Source: an uncultured Methanosarcinales archaeon
GTDB lineage: Archaea; Nanobdellota; Nanobdellia; Woesearchaeales; JACPBV01
NCBI GenBank assembly: GCA_964577685.1
Contig: CAZNZT010000004.1
Location: 1 to 64,000 of the forward strand
Reading direction: 5' to 3'
Length of the DNA: 64,000 bases
Within the stretch, counting starts at the first letter, position 1. The number at the start of each line of letters is the position of its first letter. Position numbers and translations under genes: made by a program. The notes under the pieces were generated by a model. It did no database searches. It was not told the origin of the DNA and worked only from the letters and a program-made list of their open reading frames with translations. Of the stretch, positions 7,978-17,346 are shown piece by piece.

Positions 7978-10443
7978 TCAGACTATTTGTTTTAAATCTT
8001 CAATATTTTGAGCAACAGTTACCAAGTTATTTCTTTCGTCGTAGAATAATATAGTTGGTATTGGCAGGCTTCCATCCGCATTCCTTCTAATCTTACCTTT
8101 AAGTTGCTTATACAATGCCCTGAATTCCTTAAGGCCTTCATCACTACCCAAGTTTATAACCTCTCCCTGCATTTTACTTAGTAGATATTCTTTTGCTTCT
8201 GCACATTTCTCACAGTTTGGTAATGCAAGTATCTTGAAGCTTTTGATTATCCTTTCATTGTTGGAGATTAACTCCTGAGCTTCAATAGATTCAACCTCCA
8301 TTGTGTTATTGGTTTTTATGATTGTTACTTTTATATCTCTCAGTAGTGCTTTCTTTTCACTGTATTCTTGCCTGTGTTTGAACTCCTCTCTTTTACCGAA
8401 ATTCCAGTTCTGTACAGGTCTGAAATAACCTACGATTCTTGAATATACTTCGGTTTCTTGTCCACACTCAGGACATTTGAATTGTTCACCTCTTATATAG
8501 CCATGTGTCTTGCATATGCTAAATGTTGGTGTTATGGAGAAATATGGCAGCTTTGTGTTTTTTGCTATCTTTTTTACTAGCTGTTTGCATGTTTCTCCAG
8601 AGGACATCCTTTCACCTAGGAATGTATGGAATATTGTTCCCCCAGTATATAATGGTTGAATGTCATTTTGGTGTTCTATCGCTTCAATTACATCATCTGT
8701 AAAATCAACAGGTAGCTGTGTTGAGTTTGTTAAATATGGGTGTTCCTCTCCAGATGTAATGATATCTGGATATAATTGTTTATCAAGTCTTGCTAGCCTG
8801 TAGGATGCTGATTCAGCTGGGGTTGCTTCTAGGTTATACAGGTTTCCTGTTTCCTGTTGAAATTCAACAAGCTTTTTTCTCATGAATTTTAATACTCTTA
8901 TGGTAAACTCCTTGCCTTCTTTTGTTTGTATTCCCTTTCCTAGGAAATTAAGGCAACACTCATGCATTCCACATAAACCAATTGTAGAGAAATGGTTTCT
9001 GAATGTTCCAAGATATGTTTTTGTGTATGGCATTAGTCCATTCTTAAGATTTTGCTCTACAATTTTTCTTTTTATTTCTAGTGATTCTTTTGCTAGATTC
9101 ATGTAATAAGCTAATTTTTCAAAAAATTCTTCTTCTGTTTTTGCTTCATATCCTAATCTATTCATATTTATTGTCACAACTCCTAGGCTTCCGGTAGAGT
9201 CTCCTGGTCCCCACATACCTCCTGGTCTTTTTATTAATTGATTTTGGTCAAGGTTAAGCCTACAACACATGGCTCTTATGCTTCTAGGGTCCAAGTCAGA
9301 ACCAATATAGTTTTGGAAGTATGGTAAACCGTATTTTGCTGTAACCTCAAATAGCAGATTTGATATCTCGGAATCCCAATTAAAGTCTTTCGTTAGGTTG
9401 TAAGTGGGTATGGGGAATGTGAAGACCCTTCCTTTAGCATCCCCTTCAAGCATAACTTCTAGGAATGCTCTGTTTATCATGTCCATTTCTTTCTGGCAGT
9501 CTCCATAGGTAAAGTCCATCTCTTTTCCCCCTACTATTGCCTTTTCATTTTTCATATCTTCTGGTACTGTTATATCGAATGTTAGGTTGCTGAATGGGTA
9601 TTGACTGCCCCATCTTGATGGAATGTTTAGTGAAAAAACAAGCTGTTGTATGCATTGCTTTACTTCTTTGTAGCTTAGATTATCCACCTTGACGAATGGT
9701 GCCAATAGCGTATCAACAGATGAGAATGCTTGTGCCCCAGCAAATTCCATCTGCAGACAACCAATATAATTAACCATTTGATGTATGACTGTGTTAAGGT
9801 GTTTTGCAGGTTTACAATCTACTTTGTTTGGAACATTTCCAAACCCCATCTTTAGTAGGTTCTTTAGGGACCAACCAGCACAATAGCCAATAAAACCATG
9901 TGATAAATCGTGAATATGGAAATAGCCTTTTTTGTGAGCTTCTTTGATGTCTGGAGTGTATATCTCATTTAAGGCATAATTTGCTATCACTTTTCCTGCT
10001 GTATGTAACATCAATCCTGAGAAAGAGTAGTCTTCATTTGAATTCTCTTTAACTCTCCAGTCTGTTTGTTGTAGATACTCTGAGATTGTGTTATTGACAT
10101 CAATGAACATGTCTCTTGTTTCTCTTATCTTTGCTCTTTGTTGTCTGTATAGGATATATGTTTTCGCTGTCTTTGCATGTCCTGACTTTATAAGAACTTT
10201 TTCAACAATGTCCTGTATTTCCTCTACTGTTGGGGTTTCTCCATGGTCGAATTTGTATTCTAGAATTGTTATTACTTTGTCTGTGAGTTGTTCTGCTGTC
10301 TTCCTATCCACGGTTCTGCCTTCTTTTATAGCAACTGCTTGGGCGGCTTTGAATATAGCATTTGTGATTTTTTCTGGAACGAACTCAACTATCCTCCCGT
10401 CTCTTTTCCTTATCTTAGAAATTCTAAATTTTTTCTCTTCCAT
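7978..10443 (-). CDS. nrdD: Class III (anaerobic) ribonucleoside-triphosphate reductase with N-terminal ATP cone and C-terminal glutaredoxin-like domain
   Basis: IRKRDGR ATP cone, HIHDL, YCAGWS, MCCRL, EATPAES, YSRIVGY glycyl-radical loop, then a CEKC thioredoxin-fold tail. Confidence 0.95.
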   Translation of the reverse strand: MEEKKFRISKIRKRDGRIVEFVPEKITNAIFKAAQAVAIKEGRTVDRKTAEQLTDKVITILEYKFDHGETPTVEEIQDIVEKVLIKSGHAKTAKTYILYRQQRAKIRETRDMFIDVNNTISEYLQQTDWRVKENSNEDYSFSGLMLHTAGKVIANYALNEIYTPDIKEAHKKGYFHIHDLSHGFIGYCAGWSLKNLLKMGFGNVPNKVDCKPAKHLNTVIHQMVNYIGCLQMEFAGAQAFSSVDTLLAPFVKVDNLSYKEVKQCIQQLVFSLNIPSRWGSQYPFSNLTFDITVPEDMKNEKAIVGGKEMDFTYGDCQKEMDMINRAFLEVMLEGDAKGRVFTFPIPTYNLTKDFNWDSEISNLLFEVTAKYGLPYFQNYIGSDLDPRSIRAMCCRLNLDQNQLIKRPGGMWGPGDSTGSLGVVTINMNRLGYEAKTEEEFFEKLAYYMNLAKESLEIKRKIVEQNLKNGLMPYTKTYLGTFRNHFSTIGLCGMHECCLNFLGKGIQTKEGKEFTIRVLKFMRKKLVEFQQETGNLYNLEATPAESASYRLARLDKQLYPDIITSGEEHPYLTNSTQLPVDFTDDVIEAIEHQNDIQPLYTGGTIFHTFLGERMSSGETCKQLVKKIAKNTKLPYFSITPTFSICKTHGYIRGEQFKCPECGQETEVYSRIVGYFRPVQNWNFGKREEFKHRQEYSEKKALLRDIKVTIIKTNNTMEVESIEAQELISNNERIIKSFKILALPNCEKCAEAKEYLLSKMQGEVINLGSDEGLKEFRALYKQLKGKIRRNADGSLPIPTILFYDERNNLVTVAQNIEDLKQIV

Positions 10444-10444
10444 T

Positions 10445-10900
10445 TTACTTCCCTCTTTTTATTTTTTTTAGTTCTTTTGCAAACTCATCTATATCTTTGA
10501 ATTCTCTATAAACAGATGCAAATCTTATGTATGCAACATGATCAAGTTTTTTTAACTTGTCCATAACTAGTTCCCCTATGAATCTAGATGGGATTTCTGT
10601 TGAATTTTGTTTTCTGAGTTCTGACTCAATCTCATCTACTATTTTTTCTATTTTCTCTGTTCTTATCGGCCTTTTCTCACAGGCTTTTAATATGCCTCTT
10701 AGGATTTTATTTCTGTCAAATCTTTCTATGTTTCCATTCTTTTTTATGACTCTTAAATCCAAAAGTTCAATCCTCTCAAATGTTGTAAATCTTTTTTTGC
10801 ATTTTAAGCACTCCCTTCTTCTTCTTGTTATATCACTATCTTTAGCTTCTCTTGTTTCAATAACTCTTGTCTCTCCAGAATAACAATATGGACACCTCAT
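10445..10900 (-). CDS. nrdR: Transcriptional repressor NrdR
   Basis: MRCPYC...RRRRECLKCKKRFTTFE zinc ribbon, ATP cone and VAYIRFASVYREF. Confidence 0.96.
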   Translation of the reverse strand: MRCPYCYSGETRVIETREAKDSDITRRRRECLKCKKRFTTFERIELLDLRVIKKNGNIERFDRNKILRGILKACEKRPIRTEKIEKIVDEIESELRKQNSTEIPSRFIGELVMDKLKKLDHVAYIRFASVYREFKDIDEFAKELKKIKRGK

Positions 10901-10902
10901 TC

Positions 10903-10949
10903 TTACTATATATAGCGTTTTATTTTTTTATAAGCACTAAATATACTAA
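10903..10949. promoter_or_regulatory. NrdR box pair 1, overlapping the likely nrdR-nrdD-nrdG transcription start
   Basis: TTACTATATATAGCGT (10903-10918) and GCACTAAATATACTAA (10934-10949), 31 bp apart; minus-strand BRE-TATA (GCGAAATATTTATATA) at about 10959-10974. Confidence 0.75.
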
Positions 10950-10980
10950 TAGCACTAATATATAAATATTTCGCTTTTTG

Positions 10981-11027
10981 ACACTATATATTTAAAAATT
11001 TAGATATAAAAACACTATATATAAGGA
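10981..11027. promoter_or_regulatory. NrdR box pair 2 (weaker)
   Basis: ACACTATATATTTAAA (10981-10996) and ACACTATATATAAGGA (11012-11027), again 31 bp apart. Confidence 0.55.
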
Positions 11028-11139
11028 TTCTTTTTGTTGGTACTTATATATAAATATTTCTATAGATGAACTTATATGATTGAAAATAGATAATGGCGAT
11101 AGTGAAAATTTTAAATATCTATCATAAAAATTTTTGTTT

Positions 11140-11490
11140 ATGCTTAGGGGATTTATGTGTAAACGGTGTGGAGAGTGTTGCACTAGTCCTAGATTGAGTA
11201 GAAAGGATATTGAGAGGATAAAAAAGGCTGGGTACAAGGAAGAGGATTTCGTTTATAGGGATAATTTTGGAAACGCATATATGAAGGAGAAGAATGGCTA
11301 TTGTATATTCCTTAGAAGAAATAAGGAGGGGAAGTGGAAAACAAGTTGTTTGATATATGGGATAAGGCCTAGGGTTTGTAGGGAATATCCCTCTAGACTA
11401 ATTAATGGTTCTTGTAAACCTGAAAGGCTTGCTTTTGATGATTTTATTGAAAAGAAGATGGGTATTTTTAAATCTAGATTGCTTAAATGA
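11140..11490 (+). CDS. YkgJ-family cysteine cluster (CxxCxxCC) protein
   Basis: CKRCGECC, CIFL and CLIYGIRPRVCREYP motifs. Confidence 0.85.
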   Translation: MLRGFMCKRCGECCTSPRLSRKDIERIKKAGYKEEDFVYRDNFGNAYMKEKNGYCIFLRRNKEGKWKTSCLIYGIRPRVCREYPSRLINGSCKPERLAFDDFIEKKMGIFKSRLLK

Positions 11491-12404
11491 CTAGAACAAT
11501 TGAGGTTGGGGGCCAGGCTGTAATTAATGGGATAATGTTGAGGTCCAGTAGGTATGTTGTTACTGCTGTTAGAGATAGGAATAAAATAATCTATAGAAAA
11601 GATAGGTTATGGAAAAAGCCAAAATTCTTAGAATTTTTTTTTATTAGGGGAATAGTCAATTTAATAGAGATGCTGGTCATTGGGGTGAGGAGCTTAAATT
11701 GGAGTGCAAACCAGTCTGTTGGTAAAGAAGAAGAGATAAGCAATATGTATATAATATTGACATTATTTGTTGCCTTTATATTTGCGATATTTCTGTTCTT
11801 GTTTTTGCCTTATCTGTTGACTCTTTTGGTTGGATTAAGTGAAGAACGAAACCCTATTTTTTTTAATCTCTTTGATGGAGCAGTTAAGATTGCTATCTTA
11901 TTGCTCTATATTTACCTTATTTCTTTTATTGGGGAGATAAAGGATGTTTTTAGATATCATGGGGCAGAGCATAAGGTTGTATTCTGCTATGAGCAAGGGG
12001 ATAAGTTGGATGTAAGGAGTGCAAGTAAATATGGAACTTTGCATCCAAGGTGTGGGACTGCTTTTTTATTGATTGTAGTCTTCCTTGGTATTTTTCTTTT
12101 TTCTTTTATCCCTTTATTGCTTAATTATGTCTATCCTGAGATTAATAGTCTTCCTTGGTTTTTTAGGAGAATTGTATTTTTTGTTTCAAGAATCTTATTT
12201 TTGCCTCTAATAGCTGGGTTTTCCTATGAAATCCTTAAAATTGGGTCTAAAAATAGAAGGAGCATACTAAGATTTTTATCTTATCCTGGTCTATTGGTGC
12301 AGAAATTAACCACAAGAGAGCCAACTTCAGAGCAATTGGATGTTGCAATATTTGCATTAAAGAAGCTGCTGGAACTAGAAGAGGGCCATACCAAATCTTT
12401 TTAG
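11487..12404 (+). CDS. DUF1385 (YqhQ-like) membrane protein
   Basis: VGGQAVINGIM, FRYHGAEHK, HPRCGT and QKLTTREP motifs. Confidence 0.88.
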   Translation: MTRTIEVGGQAVINGIMLRSSRYVVTAVRDRNKIIYRKDRLWKKPKFLEFFFIRGIVNLIEMLVIGVRSLNWSANQSVGKEEEISNMYIILTLFVAFIFAIFLFLFLPYLLTLLVGLSEERNPIFFNLFDGAVKIAILLLYIYLISFIGEIKDVFRYHGAEHKVVFCYEQGDKLDVRSASKYGTLHPRCGTAFLLIVVFLGIFLFSFIPLLLNYVYPEINSLPWFFRRIVFFVSRILFLPLIAGFSYEILKIGSKNRRSILRFLSYPGLLVQKLTTREPTSEQLDVAIFALKKLLELEEGHTKSF

Positions 12405-12459
12405 AATTCTACATAACCTTTATAAATTCTGGCTTTTTTCTTTTTTCGGGGTGATTTGG

Positions 12460-13074
12460 ATGATTAGGATAGGAGTACTTGGTTCTACAAGGGGGACTGA
12501 TTTGCAAGCAATAATTGATGCTATAAATTCTGGGATGTTGAAGGCGAACATAGCTGTTGTTATTTCCAATAAAGAGGATGCGTATATCTTGGAAAGGGCT
12601 AGGAAACATAATATTGAAGCTGTATTCATCAATCCAAAAGACAAAACAAGGGAGGAGTTTGATAGAGAGGTAATGAAGATTTTAGATGAGAAGAATGTTG
12701 ATTTGGTTTTATTGATAGGCTATATGCGTTTTATTTCTAATGAGTTTGTAGAAAAATGGCGTAATAAGGTTATGAATATACATCCCTCTCTTTTGCCTGC
12801 TTTTGGGGGCGGGATGGATAAAAATGTTCATCGGGCTGTTTTGGAGCATGGATGTAAGGTTACTGGATGTACTTTACATTTTGTTGATGAAACACCTGAC
12901 GGCGGACCAATAATCATACAGAAGGCTATCCCTGTGGAGGAGGATGATACAGTTGATAGCCTGAAGGCAAAGGTTCAGAAGCTTGAGGGTGAAGCTTTAA
13001 TTGAGGCAATAAAACTGTTTGATGAAGGAAGATTAAAAGTAGAAGGGAGGAGGGTGCATATATTAAAGAAATGA
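12460..13074 (+). CDS. purN: Phosphoribosylglycinamide formyltransferase
   Basis: GTDLQAII, NIHPSLLPAF, GCTLHFVD and DGGPII motifs; GGGGTGA RBS. Confidence 0.93.
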   Translation: MIRIGVLGSTRGTDLQAIIDAINSGMLKANIAVVISNKEDAYILERARKHNIEAVFINPKDKTREEFDREVMKILDEKNVDLVLLIGYMRFISNEFVEKWRNKVMNIHPSLLPAFGGGMDKNVHRAVLEHGCKVTGCTLHFVDETPDGGPIIIQKAIPVEEDDTVDSLKAKVQKLEGEALIEAIKLFDEGRLKVEGRRVHILKK

Positions 13075-13096
13075 ATTAAAACAAAGAGGGTTGAGA

Positions 13097-14638
13097 ATGA
13101 TAAAAAGGGCTTTGATTTCTGTATCTGATAAACGAGGGATATTAGATTTTGCAAAAAGACTTTCTGAGCTAGGATTTGAGATATTATCAACCGGAGGCAC
13201 AGCTAAGACACTTAGGGATGCAGGAATTAATGTAGTTGATGTTTCTGATTACACTGATTTCCCTGAAATAATGGATGGCAGAGTTAAAACATTGCATCCA
13301 AGGATACATGGTGGTATATTAGCGTTAAGAAGTAATAAAGAGCATATAGAAGCAACAAAAAGATATGGAATTAAATTGATAGATTTAGTCGTGGTAAACT
13401 TATATCCATTTGAGAATAGTGTTAAAGAAGATTCTAGGTTTGATGAAATCATAGAAAACATCGATATTGGAGGCCCTTCAATGGTGAGGGCTGCTGCAAA
13501 GAATTTTAATGCAGTTACAATTGTTGTTGATCCGAATGACTATGGTTTGGTTATAAGCGAATTAGAGAAGAATAATGAGGTAAGTAAAAGAACAAGAGAG
13601 AGGCTTGCGGTAAAAGCATTTTCTCATACCGCAAGATATGATGCAATAATATCAGGCTATCTTAGGGAAAGGTTGTCTTATGGTGATTTTCCAGAGTCAT
13701 TAACTTTAACTTTTGATAAAGTTAGGGAATTAAGATATGGCGAAAATCCACATCAGAAGGGAGCAATTTACAAAGACCCTTTTGTTAAGGAGACTAGTAT
13801 GTTGAGTTCTAGGGTTCTAATGGAGGGAAAACCCCTTTCTTTTAATAATTTCCTTGATGGTGATGCCGCTCTTGAAATAGTTAAGGAGTTTGAAGAACCA
13901 ACAGTAGCTGTTATTAAGCATTGTAATCCTTGTGGTGTTGCTTCTAGAAAAAGAATAGAGGATGCATTTAAGGATGCTTATGATGTTGATCCTATGTCTG
14001 CTTTTGGTTGTGTTATTGCGATGAATAAAACCTGCACTTTAGAAATAGCCAAAATGACAAAGGGGAAATATATAGAAGTTCTCATAGCACCAAAATTTGA
14101 AGATAGTGCATTAGAGTTCATTAGAGCAAATAAAAGGAATATAAGGGTTTTGGAGATAGGACTATTAAGAAAATGTAACAGAGGGATTAGCTTTAAAAGA
14201 GTAACAGATGGTTTATTGGTCCAGACCAAGAGTTGGCCAAATATTGAAAAGACTGAGTTAAGGGTTGTAACAAAGAGAAAACCAACAAAAAGAGAATTAG
14301 AAGATTTGATATTTGCATGGAAGGTAAATAAACACACTACTTCAAATTCTGTGGTTTTCTGCAAAGACAAGACTGCTTATGGACTTGGTGTTGGTCAGAT
14401 GTCTAGGGTTGATGCCTCTATAATTGCAAAAAGGAAGGCAAAGGGCAGAGCAAAGGGAGGTGTAATGTCTTCAGATGCTTTTTTCCCTTTTAGGGATGCT
14501 GTTGATGCTGCATCAGAGGCTGGAATTAGGGCGATAATCCAGCCGGGTGGTTCTATAAGGGATGAAGAAATTATAGAAGCAGCAAATCAACATAAAATGG
14601 CGATGGTTTTCTCTGGTATAAGGCTTTTTAAGCATTAA
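13097..14638 (+). CDS. purH: Bifunctional AICAR transformylase/IMP cyclohydrolase
   Basis: ALISVSDK, STGGT, GRVKTLHP, IDIGGP, LRYGENPHQ, SDAFFPF and IQPGGS motifs. Confidence 0.96.
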   Translation: MIKRALISVSDKRGILDFAKRLSELGFEILSTGGTAKTLRDAGINVVDVSDYTDFPEIMDGRVKTLHPRIHGGILALRSNKEHIEATKRYGIKLIDLVVVNLYPFENSVKEDSRFDEIIENIDIGGPSMVRAAAKNFNAVTIVVDPNDYGLVISELEKNNEVSKRTRERLAVKAFSHTARYDAIISGYLRERLSYGDFPESLTLTFDKVRELRYGENPHQKGAIYKDPFVKETSMLSSRVLMEGKPLSFNNFLDGDAALEIVKEFEEPTVAVIKHCNPCGVASRKRIEDAFKDAYDVDPMSAFGCVIAMNKTCTLEIAKMTKGKYIEVLIAPKFEDSALEFIRANKRNIRVLEIGLLRKCNRGISFKRVTDGLLVQTKSWPNIEKTELRVVTKRKPTKRELEDLIFAWKVNKHTTSNSVVFCKDKTAYGLGVGQMSRVDASIIAKRKAKGRAKGGVMSSDAFFPFRDAVDAASEAGIRAIIQPGGSIRDEEIIEAANQHKMAMVFSGIRLFKH

Positions 14639-14673
14639 TTTTATTAATGATTTCCTAAACCTTTCTTTAAATT

Positions 14674-15918
14674 ATGAACTATAAGGAAACCTTAGATTGG
14701 ATTTATTCTTTGCCTGGATCCGAGAATAGGGGAAAATATAATCTGAGCCTAGATAATATGAAAAACCTATTAAGGAAGTTGGGTAATCCGGAGAGGGATT
14801 TGGATTGTATTCATGTTGCTGGTACAAATGGGAAAGGCTCTGTTTGTGCTATTCTCTCTTCTATATTAGAAGAAGCAGGGTATAGAGTTGGAAAGTATAT
14901 AAGTCCTCATCTGAAGGATTTTAGGGAGAGAGTTATGATTAATGGAAAGAAAATATCAAAGGAGGATGTTGTTAATTATTTCAATAAGGTAAGCAGGCAT
15001 TCTAAAGATAATACCTTTTTTGAGATAATAACCGCAATGGCCTTTTTATATTTTAGGGACAAAAAAGTTGATTTTCTTGTTCTTGAGGTTGGTTTAGGTG
15101 GGAGGTTAGATGCAACAAATGTTGTTAATCCTTTGGTTTCGGTAATAACAAATATCGGGCTAGAGCATACGACTTATCTTGGAGATACAATAGAACAAAT
15201 TGCCTATGAGAAGGCGGGTATAATAAAGAAAAAGAAACCAGTTATAACAGGGGCAAGAGGTAGGGCGCTGGGTGTGATAAGAAGGGTAGCAAAGGAAAAG
15301 GGTTCTAAGGTTTTTTTAATAGAGAAACCATTGAGGAGAAATCATATGTTTGATTTATATGGGTATAGAAAATTAAAACTCCAGATGAAAGGGGAGTTCC
15401 AGCTTGAGAATTCTTCTATTGCAGTAAGGACAATTGATGTATTGAATAAATATTATGGCTTAAGCATAACTGAGAATAATGTTAGGATTGGGCTTTATAA
15501 AACCATGGTTCCAGGAAGATTTGATTTTTTAGAAAGAAATATAATTTTAGATTGTGCACATAATCCAGATGCTATTAGGGTCCTAAAGAGAGAGATTTCA
15601 AAATTAAAGTATAGGAGATTGTTGGTTGTAATTGGAATCCTTTCGGATAAAGATTATGGGAAGATGTTGTCTGAGTTAGAACCAATAACTTACAGATTTA
15701 TTTTTACAAAAGCAAAAATTCCAAGAAGTTTGAATCCATCACTTCTTAGTAAAGTGGTAAGGAAAGATTTTGTGATAATAGAAGAGCCAAAAAATGCTCT
15801 GAGATATGCTAAAAGAATAGCTTTAAAGAAGGATTTGATATTGGTCACTGGTTCTGTTTATGTTGTTAGAGAGATAATAAAATCAAAAAGAATAAAAATG
15901 AATTATAAAATACTATGA
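14674..15918 (+). CDS. folC: Folylpolyglutamate synthase/dihydrofolate synthase
   Basis: HVAGTNGKGS, SPHL, LEVGLGGRLDATN, EKAGI and LDCAHN motifs. Confidence 0.94.
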   Translation: MNYKETLDWIYSLPGSENRGKYNLSLDNMKNLLRKLGNPERDLDCIHVAGTNGKGSVCAILSSILEEAGYRVGKYISPHLKDFRERVMINGKKISKEDVVNYFNKVSRHSKDNTFFEIITAMAFLYFRDKKVDFLVLEVGLGGRLDATNVVNPLVSVITNIGLEHTTYLGDTIEQIAYEKAGIIKKKKPVITGARGRALGVIRRVAKEKGSKVFLIEKPLRRNHMFDLYGYRKLKLQMKGEFQLENSSIAVRTIDVLNKYYGLSITENNVRIGLYKTMVPGRFDFLERNIILDCAHNPDAIRVLKREISKLKYRRLLVVIGILSDKDYGKMLSELEPITYRFIFTKAKIPRSLNPSLLSKVVRKDFVIIEEPKNALRYAKRIALKKDLILVTGSVYVVREIIKSKRIKMNYKIL

Positions 15919-15925
15919 ATGCTAT

Positions 15926-16025
15926 GCCCCCATAGTGTAGTCCGGACACTCTTTAAGAGTTTAAGGCTGGAGAATCATTTTGCCCTCTCGAGGCAAAGAC
16001 ACGGGTTCAAATCCCGTTGGGGGCA
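15926..16025 (+). tRNA. tRNA-Glu(CTC) with a 25-nt D-loop intron (15948-15972)
   Basis: Acceptor GCCCCCA/TGGGGGC; anticodon arm TTGCC-CTCTCGA-GGCAA; T arm ACGGG-TTCAAAT-CCCGT; removing the intron gives a 75-nt tRNA. Confidence 0.9.
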
Positions 16026-16240
16026 TTAATCTTTTATGTAAATTATTAAGATGTTTGACTATTTTCTTTCATTCAATTTTTTCTGTTTCCATTTTTTATA
16101 TCATGTTGTGTCTGTAACCTTTCTATTATTCGTTTATAAACCTGTTGTTGTAGTACTCCTCTTAAGTGGTTTCTTAATCTCTCTGAATCCTGCTAACAAA
16201 AGTTTTATAAAAATGTTCCTTTTTTCTCTTTTTGTTCAAT

Positions 16241-16365
16241 GCCGAGGTAGCTCAGCCTGGTTAGAGCGCTACGCTCATATGTTTGAGCGATGACTCAAAG
16301 AGGATGATTAGTTCAAATCTAACTGGGTTACGTAGAGGTCCCGGGTTCAGATCCCGGCCTCGGCA
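16241..16365 (+). tRNA. tRNA-Met(CAT), probably elongator, with a 50-nt canonical 37/38 intron (16280-16329)
   Basis: Acceptor GCCGAGG/CCTCGGC; D arm GCTC/GAGC; CTACG-CTCATA^A-CGTAG; BHB with CTCA/TGGG central helix and GTT/AAC outer helix. Confidence 0.92.
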
Positions 16366-16394
16366 TTATTTATTATTTTATTATTTGTCTTTTG

Positions 16395-17339
16395 TCAGAT
16401 AACATATTCGCTTCTTATAAATCCCCAATCAAAGATAAGAAGTGCTATGGCTATTATTATTAATACTACTCTAAGATTAATTGATTTTTTTACTTTTATT
16501 TTATTGATTTTGTTAAATGCGTCTTTTATTTCCTCGCTTGTTCTAACTCTTATATAGTTTCCATCAATCTTTTTTGCGATAGAACTAAGTAACTCTTCAT
16601 TAATTCTTGATGGCACTTCTGTGCCTGGGAATTTTTTTCCTTCAGTTTTGCCTATCCCTATTACAAATAGATTTATGTGTTTGTTTTTTAGACTTTCAAT
16701 GATTTTGTAAAGGGTTTGTTTTGGTAGGACATTCTCCCCACCATCTGTTACCAATATTATTAATTTGTTCCTATCTTTTTCTTTTTTTAGAAGCAATTTT
16801 GCTCCTTCTCTTAAGGCTATGCCTATTGATGTGCCCGGGATTTTACTAATCTCTAGCGATTTTATTTTTTTAATTATCTGCTCCTTGCTTGAGAAATCCT
16901 TTTCAGTATATGCATTTCCAGAAAATGATATAAGGGCTATTCTATTTCCCGGTATTCCATCTACTATTTCTTTAGCATGTTCTTTTATTGCTCCTAGTCT
17001 GTTGGGTTTAATGTCTTCACCTAACATTGAACCAGAGATATCAATTAATAAAGCAGTAGAAACATCTCTTGCTTTTCCTTTGTGCCATAGGGTGGGGTTA
17101 GCCAGTGCAAAGACTATAATAGCATATATCAGGGTTCTAAAAGCAGAAACGAGAATCTTTCTTTTTGCATATTTTCCTTTGAATATGTCTCCCTTGAATA
17201 TAAATTCAAGTGCTCTGAAAGAAATTATCTTCTTTATCAGCTTTTTTTCCCTTGATATGATTAGAAGGGTTATTATATTAATCAGCGGTATTAAAATAAG
17301 GAACCAGAGATAATTTGGATTACTAAATTCAATTTCCAT
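16395..17339 (-). CDS. BatA/BatB-like membrane-anchored von Willebrand factor A protein
   Basis: N-terminal FSNPNYLWFL TM motif, MIDAS DISGSM, GTSIG, LVTDG and a C-terminal TM. Confidence 0.88.
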   Translation of the reverse strand: MEIEFSNPNYLWFLILIPLINIITLLIISREKKLIKKIISFRALEFIFKGDIFKGKYAKRKILVSAFRTLIYAIIVFALANPTLWHKGKARDVSTALLIDISGSMLGEDIKPNRLGAIKEHAKEIVDGIPGNRIALISFSGNAYTEKDFSSKEQIIKKIKSLEISKIPGTSIGIALREGAKLLLKKEKDRNKLIILVTDGGENVLPKQTLYKIIESLKNKHINLFVIGIGKTEGKKFPGTEVPSRINEELLSSIAKKIDGNYIRVRTSEEIKDAFNKINKIKVKKSINLRVVLIIIAIALLIFDWGFIRSEYVI

Positions 17340-17346
17340 CTTCTTT

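Noticed and set aside
16026..16293. Plus-strand 80-aa ORF and a ~40-codon minus-strand open stretch between the tRNAs; possible integration scar
   Set aside because: The plus ORF runs into tRNA-Met, the minus stretch has no start, and I saw no duplicated tRNA 3' end or integrase.
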